Source: Alistipes onderdonkii (GTDB lineage Bacteria; Verrucomicrobiota; Kiritimatiellia; RFP12; UBA1067). From it: 45,184 bases of DNA. Within the stretch, counting starts at the first letter, position 1, and each line of letters begins with the position of its first letter. Under the pieces are notes generated by a model. The model saw only the letters and a list, made by a program, of their open reading frames with translations, was not told where the DNA came from and did no database searches. The stretch spans positions 1-45,184 of the forward strand of contig CAVGMG010000001.1 of NCBI GenBank assembly GCA_963630185.1. The letters are read 5' to 3'. Positions 9,819 through 18,346 of the stretch are shown here, one piece after another. Both the position numbers and the translations under genes were made by a program.

Positions 9819-9951
9819 CAACATCGTCGGCCTACCTTGTCGCCCTCGGCAACAACCGGAACAACGCCCGCTCGCTCGGGCTGTTCGCCGTCAACGCCAA
9901 CAACGGGCTTGGCAACGCGAACGCGAACAACTGGCGGCCGCGTCTCTCCTT
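9819..9951 (+). repeat. DGR template repeat (TR), non-coding
   Basis: Adenine-rich (AAC-rich) copy of the VR, 200 bp upstream of the RT. The last 21 nt (ctggcggccgcgtctctcctt) are A-free and identical in VR. Confidence 0.85.
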
Positions 9952-10151
9952 CCGCAACCGTGAAGCTCTCACGTGCAGAAAAGCTCTTCACCTGAACCGT
10001 AGCCACACCACACAAGGCATCCAGACGCCGGACGGCGGCATGCGCGTCCGGACTGCGGTGAAAGACCTGCATACCACGTGCGTTAGTAGGTCGTCGCGGC
10101 GTCTTCGCCGCGGCCTCTCGGGGACGCATAGCGGGAAAGGAGACCTCCTCC

Positions 10152-11162
10152 GTGCCGCATAGGGTCGGCCATCTTTGGGAGAGGATCGGCACGCTCGAGA
10201 ACGTCGAGCGCGCCTGGCTCGTCTACAACCGCAACCGCCCGCGACGGCTCCGCCGCGAATTCGACGCGGCGCGGTGCCGGTCGATCCACGAGAGGCTCTG
10301 CGCCATCGCCGAGGGCGGCGCGTCCGACATCTTCTCGAAGATCCGCCGCCGGACGATCTTCGAGCACGGCAAGGAGCGGCAGCTCGAAATCCCGACGTTC
10401 GACGGCTTCATCGCGCAGCAGGCCGTCTTCAACGTCCTCGCGCCGATCATCGACTCCCGTCTGCACGGCCGCACCTACTCCTCGCGCCCCGGCTGGGGGA
10501 TGCACAAGTGCGCGAAGGCGCAGATGCGGCTCGTCAACACGAAGCCGGCCCTCGCGAGATACTTCCTCTACTTCGACATCCGCAAGTTCTACCAGAACGT
10601 CCGGCACGAGGACGTCGAGAGGGCCGTCGCCCGGATCGTCAAGGACGAGAGGGCGATGCGCGTCGTGCGGGCGATCCTCGCCGCGACGCCGTCGGGGCTT
10701 CCGATCGGCTTCACGGGCTCGCACCACTTCGCGAACCTGCTCGTCGCGCCGCTCTACTACCTCGTCCGGGGCGTCGAGAAGGTCTCCGACTGCTACGTCT
10801 ACATGGACAACTTCATCGTCTACGGCAGGACGAAGCGGTCGCTCCACGTCGCGCAGGGCGAAGCCGAGGCCTGCCTCGCCGAGCTCGGCCTTGAGATGAA
10901 GCCGGACTGGCAGGTCGCGCCGCTGAAGGCGCGGCCCGTGGCGACGTGCGGCGTGAGAATCCGGCGCGGCGAGACGCCGAAGCTCTACAAGAAGCTCAAC
11001 CACCGCAATTTCAGGAACATCGACAAGTTCCTCGCCCATCCGACGAGACGGCTGGCGCGGGGGCTCGTGAGCCGGTACGGATGGCTCGCGGCGGTCGGAC
11101 GGGAACGGATCTTGAGCGACGCCGTGTCGCTCGACTACGTGAAAGGAAAGGCGAAAAGATGA
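10152..11162 (+). CDS. DGR-type reverse transcriptase
   Basis: GTG 10152 after aaggaga. RT motifs are GKERQLEIPTFDGFIAQQAV, YSSRPGWGMH, YFLYFDIRKFY (motif A Asp), GLPIGFTGSHHFANL and YVYMDNFIVYG (motif C). Confidence 0.85.
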   Translation: MPHRVGHLWERIGTLENVERAWLVYNRNRPRRLRREFDAARCRSIHERLCAIAEGGASDIFSKIRRRTIFEHGKERQLEIPTFDGFIAQQAVFNVLAPIIDSRLHGRTYSSRPGWGMHKCAKAQMRLVNTKPALARYFLYFDIRKFYQNVRHEDVERAVARIVKDERAMRVVRAILAATPSGLPIGFTGSHHFANLLVAPLYYLVRGVEKVSDCYVYMDNFIVYGRTKRSLHVAQGEAEACLAELGLEMKPDWQVAPLKARPVATCGVRIRRGETPKLYKKLNHRNFRNIDKFLAHPTRRLARGLVSRYGWLAAVGRERILSDAVSLDYVKGKAKR

Positions 11163-11452
11163 CACCAACGACAAGGCATTTCAACGTGCGGCCGGACGAG
11201 TTCGACGCGGCGGTCGACGCGGACGGCACGCTTCTCTCCGCCGAATGGCGCAAGGAGGTCGTCGAGAACGAGGACGGCTCCTTCGACGCCGTCTGCTGGT
11301 ATGCGCCCCAGTTCGTCGCCGCGTCGAGGGCGAGCGTCGCCGGCGCCCTCTTCGGCGTCTACATGAAGTGCGACGACGCCGACAAGCCCGACATGATGCA
11401 GTTCTACGCGCGCGCCCAGGCCTACGCCGAGGCGCTCCTCCCGAACGCATAG
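11159..11452 (+). CDS. Hypothetical acidic protein (97 aa)
   Basis: ATG 11159 overlaps the RT stop (ATGA). It does not look like a basic four-helix Avd. Confidence 0.55.
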   Translation: MTPTTRHFNVRPDEFDAAVDADGTLLSAEWRKEVVENEDGSFDAVCWYAPQFVAASRASVAGALFGVYMKCDDADKPDMMQFYARAQAYAEALLPNA

Positions 11453-11475
11453 CCGAAAAAGGAGACCCCGCGCCC

Positions 11476-11739
11476 ATGCCGACGCCAAACTCCGAGAAGT
11501 TCTCCCGCGTCTTCGAGCAGATCGACGACATCAAGGAGCGCGTCACGAAGATCGAGGTCTTCGAGTCCGTCGAGAAGGCGCAGCTCAAGGAGGTGTCGCT
11601 CAAGCTCGACGAGATGCGCGACACCCTGAACCAGATCGTCGGCAAGGACTCCGTCCGCGCGGCCGTCTACGGCGTCATCGGGTCGGTCGTCGCGGCCGTC
11701 GTCGTGTGGATCCTGACGCTCGTCAGGGACAACAGCTGA
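11476..11739 (+). CDS. Small coiled-coil protein with a C-terminal transmembrane helix (XhlA/holin-like)
   Basis: 87 aa. Heptad-like N-terminus (IDDIKERVTKIEVFESVEKAQLKEV) followed by AAVYGVIGSVVAAVVVWILTLV. Confidence 0.5.
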   Translation: MPTPNSEKFSRVFEQIDDIKERVTKIEVFESVEKAQLKEVSLKLDEMRDTLNQIVGKDSVRAAVYGVIGSVVAAVVVWILTLVRDNS

Positions 11740-11768
11740 AGGAAAAGGAAGGAAGGAGGAGAAAGGTC

Positions 11769-12194
11769 ATGGCAGACATCAAGACGGCGAAGCGGCTCTA
11801 CCGCCTGGCGAACCACTACCGCCTCAGCGGCTGCGCGCTTTTGCGGACGCTTTCGTTCCAGACGCTCGCCAACGACTTCAACGGCATAGGGCCGGAGTGG
11901 TTCCCGGAGCGCCTTCGCAAGGTGATGGACGCGCTCAGCGCGGACCTTTTGCCTGTCGCGTTCGTGCACGACGTCCGCTGGTCGCACTCGGACGGCAGCT
12001 TCTCCTATTTCGCCGCGTCCAACGCCGAGTTCAAGGCGAACGGCTACGCGGTCGCGCGGGCGAAATACCCGTGGTGGCGCCCGGCGCGATACCTGCGCAT
12101 GAACGAGGCGCGCGTCTTCGGAAACCTCTGCCAGGCGTTCGGATGGTCCGCATACCGGGCAGCCTACGAAAAACAGAAAGGAAGGAACAGATGA
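11769..12194 (+). CDS. Hypothetical protein (141 aa) with FNGIG...HDVRW motif pair
   Basis: ATG 11769. The motif spacing is reminiscent of the YxGxG/HDxxY (PLA2-like) or DUF1353-type signature. Weak. Confidence 0.55.
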   Translation: MADIKTAKRLYRLANHYRLSGCALLRTLSFQTLANDFNGIGPEWFPERLRKVMDALSADLLPVAFVHDVRWSHSDGSFSYFAASNAEFKANGYAVARAKYPWWRPARYLRMNEARVFGNLCQAFGWSAYRAAYEKQKGRNR

Positions 12195-12586
12195 AAAAGC
12201 TCATTCTCCCGCTTCTCGCCGCGTTCGCGGTCTGCGGATGCGGAAAGTCGGTCGACGTCGAGGGGCGCGGCATGTACGCGAACGCCAATTCGGGCGTCGT
12301 CGGCATCGGCGAGTTCGAGGTCGTCGCCTACCCCGAGGGGGTCGAGGGCGCCCGGATCAAATACGAGGAGGACACGGCGTGGCTGTCGCCGTCCACGAAG
12401 ACGCACGCCTTCAAGATCGACATCGTGGGCACGAACTCGTGCCGCCAGGTCTCGGGCATCGTCGAGAGCATCTGCGAGGCGTTCGTCGCCGCCGCGCCGA
12501 AGATCGCCGCGATCAACGCGGGAAGCGCGGCGGACGCCCAGGCGCCCTCGGCGAACGCCGTCGAATCCGCCGCGCTCGCCGAGTAG
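12191..12586 (+). CDS. Lipoprotein (131 aa)
   Basis: MKKLILPLLAAFAVCGCGK signal peptide with a lipobox-like VCGC. ATGA overlap with the upstream gene. Confidence 0.6.
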   Translation: MKKLILPLLAAFAVCGCGKSVDVEGRGMYANANSGVVGIGEFEVVAYPEGVEGARIKYEEDTAWLSPSTKTHAFKIDIVGTNSCRQVSGIVESICEAFVAAAPKIAAINAGSAADAQAPSANAVESAALAE

Positions 12587-12605
12587 GGGAAGGGGAAAGA
12601 CGGCC

Positions 12606-13184
12606 ATGTCCTGGACGCAGAAAGAGCTTGACACCTGCCAGGAGGCGTTCTACCTCCTGCGGCAGGACGTGGACGTCCCGACGCCGGAGACGGCCGACGC
12701 CGACGCGACCCTCGAATGGCGCAAGTGCGCCAAGGCGTTCGTCCGCGCGCGCGAGGAGATCCTTTGTGCGCACGACTGGACGTTCGCGCGCGCGGCCGGC
12801 CAAAGGGCTGACCTCTCGCGCTGGCCGGAGGGCGTCCGCAACGCCCTCGTCTACTGCCTCGCGCGGGAGCTCGCGATCCCCCTCGCCGGGCGCGTCGCCG
12901 ACATGCAGAACTTCGACGCGCTCTACCGCGACAAGCTCCGGCAGGCCATCGTCCGCGACCTGGAGGACGAGACGGCGGGCGACGCGACCGCGCAGGAGGT
13001 GCTCGCCGCGATCCGCGCCTACTACGCCGACGACAGCCGCCTCCCGATGTCGATCGCGAAGCTCGCCGAGAAGGTCGCGGCAGTCGAGGACTCCGCGCTT
13101 GACGAAATCCTCGCCGCGCATGCCTGGGAGAGCGACGTCACGGGCGGCTACGGCGTCATCTACAACGCGCTCAAGGAGGTGTAG
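12606..13184 (+). CDS. Protein made of two T7 gp11-like N-terminal modules (192 aa)
   Basis: Two copies of the ...EILxAH(D/A)W(T/E)(F/S) signature, with His codons at 12771 and 13119. Same module type as in the next gene. Confidence 0.55.
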   Translation: MSWTQKELDTCQEAFYLLRQDVDVPTPETADADATLEWRKCAKAFVRAREEILCAHDWTFARAAGQRADLSRWPEGVRNALVYCLARELAIPLAGRVADMQNFDALYRDKLRQAIVRDLEDETAGDATAQEVLAAIRAYYADDSRLPMSIAKLAEKVAAVEDSALDEILAAHAWESDVTGGYGVIYNALKEV

Positions 13185-13186
13185 CG

Positions 13187-15043
13187 ATGGCGGTCGATCT
13201 CTCGTCCCTTTCAGGCGGCGTCAAGGCGGCGTATCTCGCGCTCGTCGAGGCGAAGGCGGCCGGCGCGCTCGGGCTCGGCGCGGACGCCGTCAAGTTCTTC
13301 GAGGAGTCCTTCGAGCGCAGGCTCCAGCGCGCGCGCATCGAGGACCTGGAGGCGACCGCCTCGTCCGACCCGGTCGTCCGGGAGGTGCTCGCCGCCGTCC
13401 GCGCCCCGTTCGCGCAGGACGACCCGAAGCTCCCGGTCGCGATGGACGCGCTCTTCTCGCGCATCGACGCGACGCGCGCCGCCGCGTTCACGGAGGTGCG
13501 CGACGCCCACGCCTGGTCGTGGCTTGCCGCGACGCCGTCGGCGACGCCGGAGTCGGCGATGGACGGGCTCGCCCGCGCCGCCTTCGTCACCCTCCTCGCC
13601 GAGCGCCTCGCCGTCCCGTGCGGGCTCGGCGCGGACGCCGTCCAGCTCCTGGCGCAGAAATACCAGACCCAGATCGCGCGGGCGGTCGCGGCGGACCTCA
13701 ACGCGCAGATCGACGCGGCGGACGACGCGCTCGCCAAGGCCGTCTTCGCATCCGTCCGCTCGGCCTACGGCTTCGACGACGCGAAGCTGCCGCCGTCGGT
13801 GTCGGGGCTCGTCGGCCGCGTCAAGGCGGTCGCGCCGGTCGCGCTCGACGAGGTCAAGGCGGCCTATCCGTGGACGGGCGTGGACGCGGAGACGCCCTGG
13901 GAGAACCTGCCCGGCCTCGTCAAGGCGGCGTATCTCGCGTCGGTCACGGCGACCGTCGCGGTCGGGCTCGGCCTCGACGCCCAGGCGGCGGCGGCCTTCG
14001 AGCAGAAGAAGGCGCTCGCCCTCGCCCTCGCCAAGAAGGGCGAGCTCGACGCCGCGCTCGCGAAGAACGAGGACCCGATCCTCGCGCAGCTCGTCGCGAA
14101 CTTCCGGAGCGACGACGCCGGCCTCGCGGGCGCCTACGCGATCTACACCCAGCGCGTCAACGCCGTCGCCCTCGCCGCCTACGAGGAGGTCGAGCGGTCG
14201 CACGGCTGGCGCTGGATCGATTCGTCCTGGACGGACGAGACGCCGCTCGACGAGAGGCTCGCCGCGATGGACGGCCTCGCGAAGTCGGCCTACGTCGCGC
14301 TTGTCGTCCGCCAGCTCGCCGCCGCGTGCGGCATCGCGCCGGAGATGGCGCAGGTCTACGAGCAGCAGTACCAGACGCGCCTTCGCGCCGCGCGGGTCGC
14401 CGACCTGGAGACGACGCCCGTCGTGGACGAGGTGCAGCGCGAGGTGCTCGCGCTCGTCCGCGACACGTTCTCCGGCGACACCGCCCTGCCGCGCGACATG
14501 AAGGCCATCACGGACAGGATCGACGCGCTCAAGGACATGGCGCGGAAGGAGGTCCTCTCGGCGCACGACTGGAGCTTCGCCGAGGCCGACTACGCCTGCG
14601 ACGCCGCCATGACGGAGCACCCGGACAGGCTCTTCCCGTATCACGTCACGCTCCCGAAGGGGTGCCTGCTCGTCTCGGCCTGCTACGGCGAGGACGGCAA
14701 GGTGACGCAGTGGAAGCTGCGCGGCCGCGAGATCCACGCGCGGCGTCGCCTCTCGCGGGTCGTCTACGTCAGGGACGTGGAGGACTTCGCCGCCTGGCAT
14801 CCGAAGGCCTACCGCGCGTTCGTCCTCCGGCTCGTCGCCGACGTCGCCAAGTGCGTCGCGTCGAACCCGAAGGACCGCGCGTTCCAGGAGCAGCTCTACC
14901 GCGACGCGCTCGAAGAGGCGAAGGTCTGCGACGCGCGAAGCTCCAACGCCCCCGACGAGGCCTGGGGCGACAACGAGATCGCCGACGCCATGCTCGTCGG
15001 CTCGTCGCGGCGGGAGTTCGACGACCCGCTCTACAGGGGTTAG
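13187..15043 (+). CDS. Tail tubular protein A / adaptor (T7 gp11-like) with a four-fold repeated N-terminal extension
   Basis: The C-terminal ~190 aa (KEVLSAHDWSFAEADY...AYRAFVLRLVADVAKCVA...LEEAKVCD) resemble T7 gp11 (QSRGWTFN... pattern). Sits directly upstream of the gp12-like gene. Confidence 0.6.
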   Translation: MAVDLSSLSGGVKAAYLALVEAKAAGALGLGADAVKFFEESFERRLQRARIEDLEATASSDPVVREVLAAVRAPFAQDDPKLPVAMDALFSRIDATRAAAFTEVRDAHAWSWLAATPSATPESAMDGLARAAFVTLLAERLAVPCGLGADAVQLLAQKYQTQIARAVAADLNAQIDAADDALAKAVFASVRSAYGFDDAKLPPSVSGLVGRVKAVAPVALDEVKAAYPWTGVDAETPWENLPGLVKAAYLASVTATVAVGLGLDAQAAAAFEQKKALALALAKKGELDAALAKNEDPILAQLVANFRSDDAGLAGAYAIYTQRVNAVALAAYEEVERSHGWRWIDSSWTDETPLDERLAAMDGLAKSAYVALVVRQLAAACGIAPEMAQVYEQQYQTRLRAARVADLETTPVVDEVQREVLALVRDTFSGDTALPRDMKAITDRIDALKDMARKEVLSAHDWSFAEADYACDAAMTEHPDRLFPYHVTLPKGCLLVSACYGEDGKVTQWKLRGREIHARRRLSRVVYVRDVEDFAAWHPKAYRAFVLRLVADVAKCVASNPKDRAFQEQLYRDALEEAKVCDARSSNAPDEAWGDNEIADAMLVGSSRREFDDPLYRG

Positions 15044-15061
15044 CGCAAGGAGGCGAAAAGG

Positions 15062-17869
15062 ATGCTCTGGAAGCTCACGCAGAGGACGTTCAACGGCGGG
15101 CAGCTCGACAAGAGGCTCATGGGGCGCACCGACCTTGCGAAATACTACGAGGGCGCGAGCGTCCTCGAGAACTTCATCGTCAAGCGCCAGGGATGCATCG
15201 TCAAGCGTCGCGGCACGGTCGAGGTCGCGGACTTCACGGCGGCGACCGGCTGCGCGGCGATCTCGGACTACAGGCTCTTCCCGTTCTCGTTCGAGAGCGA
15301 CGGCGGCTACGTGGTCGCCTTCGTCGAGGACGCCCAGCTCGGGCGCAAGGCCTTCGTCTTCTCGAAGGCGGGCGCGGTCGTCGCGACGCTCGCGATCCCC
15401 TACGCCGGAACGGACTTCGCGCAGATCTCCTACGACCAGTCGGGCGACATGCTCTACCTCGCCCACCAGGGCTATCCGTTCGCGCGGATCACGCGCCACG
15501 CCGAATCCGACTGGCGCTACGAGGCCGTCGACTTCGAGCTCTGCGGCCACGCCGCGCTCCCGGAGACGCCGACGATCACGGGCTGCTCGCTCCTGCCGGC
15601 GGGCTCCTGGACGGGGACGGGCCCGTCCAAGACGATCTACTACATCGTGACGGCCGTCAAGGACGGCGTCGAGTCGCGCCCGAGCGACCCCTACGCCGTT
15701 TCCTACAACACGCCCTGGCCGGAGGGCTCGTCGGTCAAGGTCGAGATCGCCGCCCAGAGCCCGGCGCCGGACTACTACAACGTCTACAAGAAGGCCGACG
15801 CCTACACGGGGCTCGTCGGCACGACCTCGTCGGGCACGTCCGTCACCGGGCAGGAGGCGGTCACGACCCTGCCGACGGGGTCGGGCTGCTCGAAGGAATA
15901 CGCCGGGCGCACCGCGCCGCGCACGACGTTCTCCGGCAGGGTCGAAAGCTCTTCGGAGCGCAACGACGCGACGAACTACGGCTACGTCGTCGAGGGCGGC
16001 GTCTACACCGCCACCTACGCGACGGCGCTCGACGCCGACCAGTTCTGCCTCGGCCTCGGCTACGTCTGGTACGGCATGGCGATCGGCACGGTCGAGGACT
16101 GCCGGTACTACATCCAGTTCCTGCCCTGCAACTGCGCCGTCGTCCGCGCCGTCGCGACGTTCGCCGACGGGACGACGCAGGACATGGGGCTTTTGTCCGT
16201 CCCCGACGCCGCCAAGGCGACGATCTGCGACAACTCCGTCACCGGCAACCCGTATTCGAGCGGCGTCGGCGCGGCGATCGCGGCGAAGCGCACGGCCATG
16301 GCGCAGGGCGCGAAGCTCGTCTGGAACGTCCAGAACCGCCAGGGAAGGAAGGTCAAGTCCGTCACGTTCACGGCCTACTCGGACAGCGCGGCGACGACCG
16401 TCGCGGCGGGCTCGGTCGGCAACATGTCCGTCTCGGGCCCGGCCTGGGCGACGGTGAACGGCTACCCGTTCACCATTTGCGGCTTCTGGGCGCGGAAGAA
16501 CGCGACGGCCACCGTCAACGAGCTCGTCGACGAATACGTGACGGCGGACGCCTCGCTCACGCCGCCCGCCTACGAGCCGCACTTCGAGGACACGGGAAAA
16601 TACCCGGGCTGCGTCGCCCTCTACCAGCAGCGCCTCGCGCTCGCGCGGACGGTCGAGCAGCCGTTCACCTTCTGGCTCTCGTGCATCGGCGACCTCTACA
16701 ACTTCAACGTCCACGACTCGCTCCGCGAGGACGACGCGATGGAGGTGACGCTCCCGGCGACGAAATACCCGGACATCAACCACATGATCCTCAACCGCGA
16801 CCTCATCATGTTCTGCGACTCGGGCGAGTGGATCGTCGCGCCGACGTCTGGCGCGGCGCTCACCTACAAGACGATATCCACGAAGATTCAGTCGCAGATC
16901 GGGTGCTCGAAGACCGTCAAGCCCATCGCGGTCAACGACGACGTCGTCTTCGCGAACATGACGGCCGAGACGCTCGTCGCGACGAAATACTCGTATGCGA
17001 CCGACGGCTACGAGGCGACCGACCTCTCCGTCCTCTCGCAGGACGTCTTCCGGGGCAACGCCATCGTCTCGCTCGCCTACAAGCAGCATCCGGACTCGAT
17101 CCTCGTCGCGACGCTGGAGGACGGCTCCTTCGCGACGCTCGAATACATGAAGGAGCACGAGGTCGTCGCGTGGAGCCGCCACGAGCTGGGCGGCGGCCTC
17201 AAGGCGCGCGACTGCTGCGCCGACGGCTCGGTGACGAGCGGCACGACCGACGTCTACATCCTCGCCGAAGACCCGAACGCCGCCGGCGGGCAGTCCTTCC
17301 TCCTTTTGCGCGTCAAGGAGGACGCGCCCCTGACGACCGTCGGGAGCGCGGTCTCGATGGACCAGATGTCGACGGTCGCGACGGCGGGGACGGTGCCGGC
17401 GGGGTTCGTCGCGGTCAACGCGCTCACGGGCGAGACGCTCGCGGCGGGCGCGTCGCGCGCGGCGGGCGCGACCTACGTCCAGGGCCGCCCGTTCGCGGCC
17501 GTCTTCGTCTCGGTGAAGCCCGAGCCGAGCCCGAGCGAGACGGTGCAGTTCGAGGTCAAGAACCCGACCGAGGTCGAGATCCGCGTCAACGAAGGCTCGA
17601 CGTTCAGGGTCGGGCAATACGGCCTGCCCGAGGCGAAGGACCGCACCGTGAAGCTGGAGCCCGAGGTGACGGCCGCGACGGGCGCGATCCGTCTCCAGAC
17701 GGCCGACAAGGCGGCGCTCGTCGCCGGCGCGAACAACCGCGACGGACGCATTAGGCTTACGTCCGACGGCGTCTGGCCGCTCACCGTGCTCTCGATCTCG
17801 ACGACCTACCAGATCGAGAAGGCCAACCAGGAGCCACAGAAGGTTCCGGGAGGCGGCGATGCGTCTTGA
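15062..17869 (+). CDS. Tail tubular protein B / nozzle (T7 gp12-like)
   Basis: 935 aa. The N-terminal TFNGGQLDKRLMGRTDLAKYYEGASVLENFIVKRQG and the central ALYQQRLALARTVEQPFTFWLSCIGDLYNFN...DDAMEVTLP match the gp12 pattern known from T7-like phages. Confidence 0.7.
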   Translation: MLWKLTQRTFNGGQLDKRLMGRTDLAKYYEGASVLENFIVKRQGCIVKRRGTVEVADFTAATGCAAISDYRLFPFSFESDGGYVVAFVEDAQLGRKAFVFSKAGAVVATLAIPYAGTDFAQISYDQSGDMLYLAHQGYPFARITRHAESDWRYEAVDFELCGHAALPETPTITGCSLLPAGSWTGTGPSKTIYYIVTAVKDGVESRPSDPYAVSYNTPWPEGSSVKVEIAAQSPAPDYYNVYKKADAYTGLVGTTSSGTSVTGQEAVTTLPTGSGCSKEYAGRTAPRTTFSGRVESSSERNDATNYGYVVEGGVYTATYATALDADQFCLGLGYVWYGMAIGTVEDCRYYIQFLPCNCAVVRAVATFADGTTQDMGLLSVPDAAKATICDNSVTGNPYSSGVGAAIAAKRTAMAQGAKLVWNVQNRQGRKVKSVTFTAYSDSAATTVAAGSVGNMSVSGPAWATVNGYPFTICGFWARKNATATVNELVDEYVTADASLTPPAYEPHFEDTGKYPGCVALYQQRLALARTVEQPFTFWLSCIGDLYNFNVHDSLREDDAMEVTLPATKYPDINHMILNRDLIMFCDSGEWIVAPTSGAALTYKTISTKIQSQIGCSKTVKPIAVNDDVVFANMTAETLVATKYSYATDGYEATDLSVLSQDVFRGNAIVSLAYKQHPDSILVATLEDGSFATLEYMKEHEVVAWSRHELGGGLKARDCCADGSVTSGTTDVYILAEDPNAAGGQSFLLLRVKEDAPLTTVGSAVSMDQMSTVATAGTVPAGFVAVNALTGETLAAGASRAAGATYVQGRPFAAVFVSVKPEPSPSETVQFEVKNPTEVEIRVNEGSTFRVGQYGLPEAKDRTVKLEPEVTAATGAIRLQTADKAALVAGANNRDGRIRLTSDGVWPLTVLSISTTYQIEKANQEPQKVPGGGDAS

Positions 17870-18344
17870 CCTGGGCTACGGCACGCGCGTCGAGACGGCG
17901 ACGCAGGAGGACCTCGACTACGTCCAGGCGAACTTCCGCGAGGGCGAGCGCCTGGAGCAGGAGGCCGTCGGCGCGGGGCATGACACGCTCGGCATGTTCG
18001 AGCGGTGCTTCACGGTCTGGTTCAAGGACGAGAGGATCGGCTACTGCGGCGTCATGGTCCCGCCCGGCCACACGATCCTCTCCGACGAGCGCTTCCTCGC
18101 CTACATGAGCTGCGAGAACGCGAACCGGCACAAATACGCCTACGTCAAGATGTCGCGCCCCGTCCTCCGGGCAATCGTCGGCGAAGTCCAGCCGTGGGTG
18201 ACGACGTTCCACTCCTTGCCGGACGCGCGCTACCGGCAGAGCGTCGCGTGGCACGAGCGCGTCCTCAGGATGCGCCGCGCCGGGTCTTTCCGGTACAAGG
18301 GCTCGACCCTCGTCCATTTCGTCATCAGCAGAAAGGAAACCTGA
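17859..18344 (+). CDS. Internal virion protein A-like (position of T7 gp13)
   Basis: 161 aa. Assigned mainly by synteny after the gp12-like gene. Confidence 0.4.
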   Translation: MRLDLGYGTRVETATQEDLDYVQANFREGERLEQEAVGAGHDTLGMFERCFTVWFKDERIGYCGVMVPPGHTILSDERFLAYMSCENANRHKYAYVKMSRPVLRAIVGEVQPWVTTFHSLPDARYRQSVAWHERVLRMRRAGSFRYKGSTLVHFVISRKET

Positions 18345-18346
18345 AC

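Noticed and set aside
9806-10162. 118-aa ORF MAEEPTSSAYLVALGNNRNN...
   Set aside because: It is the DGR template repeat read in the frame of its VR homologue, plus the structured TR-RT spacer. TRs are non-coding.
12238-17754. 1838-aa + strand ORF, and other off-frame + ORFs (1536-3029 portion, 7866-9995, 27254-29218, 32471-34483)
   Set aside because: Arg/Gly/Pro/Ala-rich off-frame readings of the real tail genes. They have no RBS and no motif content.
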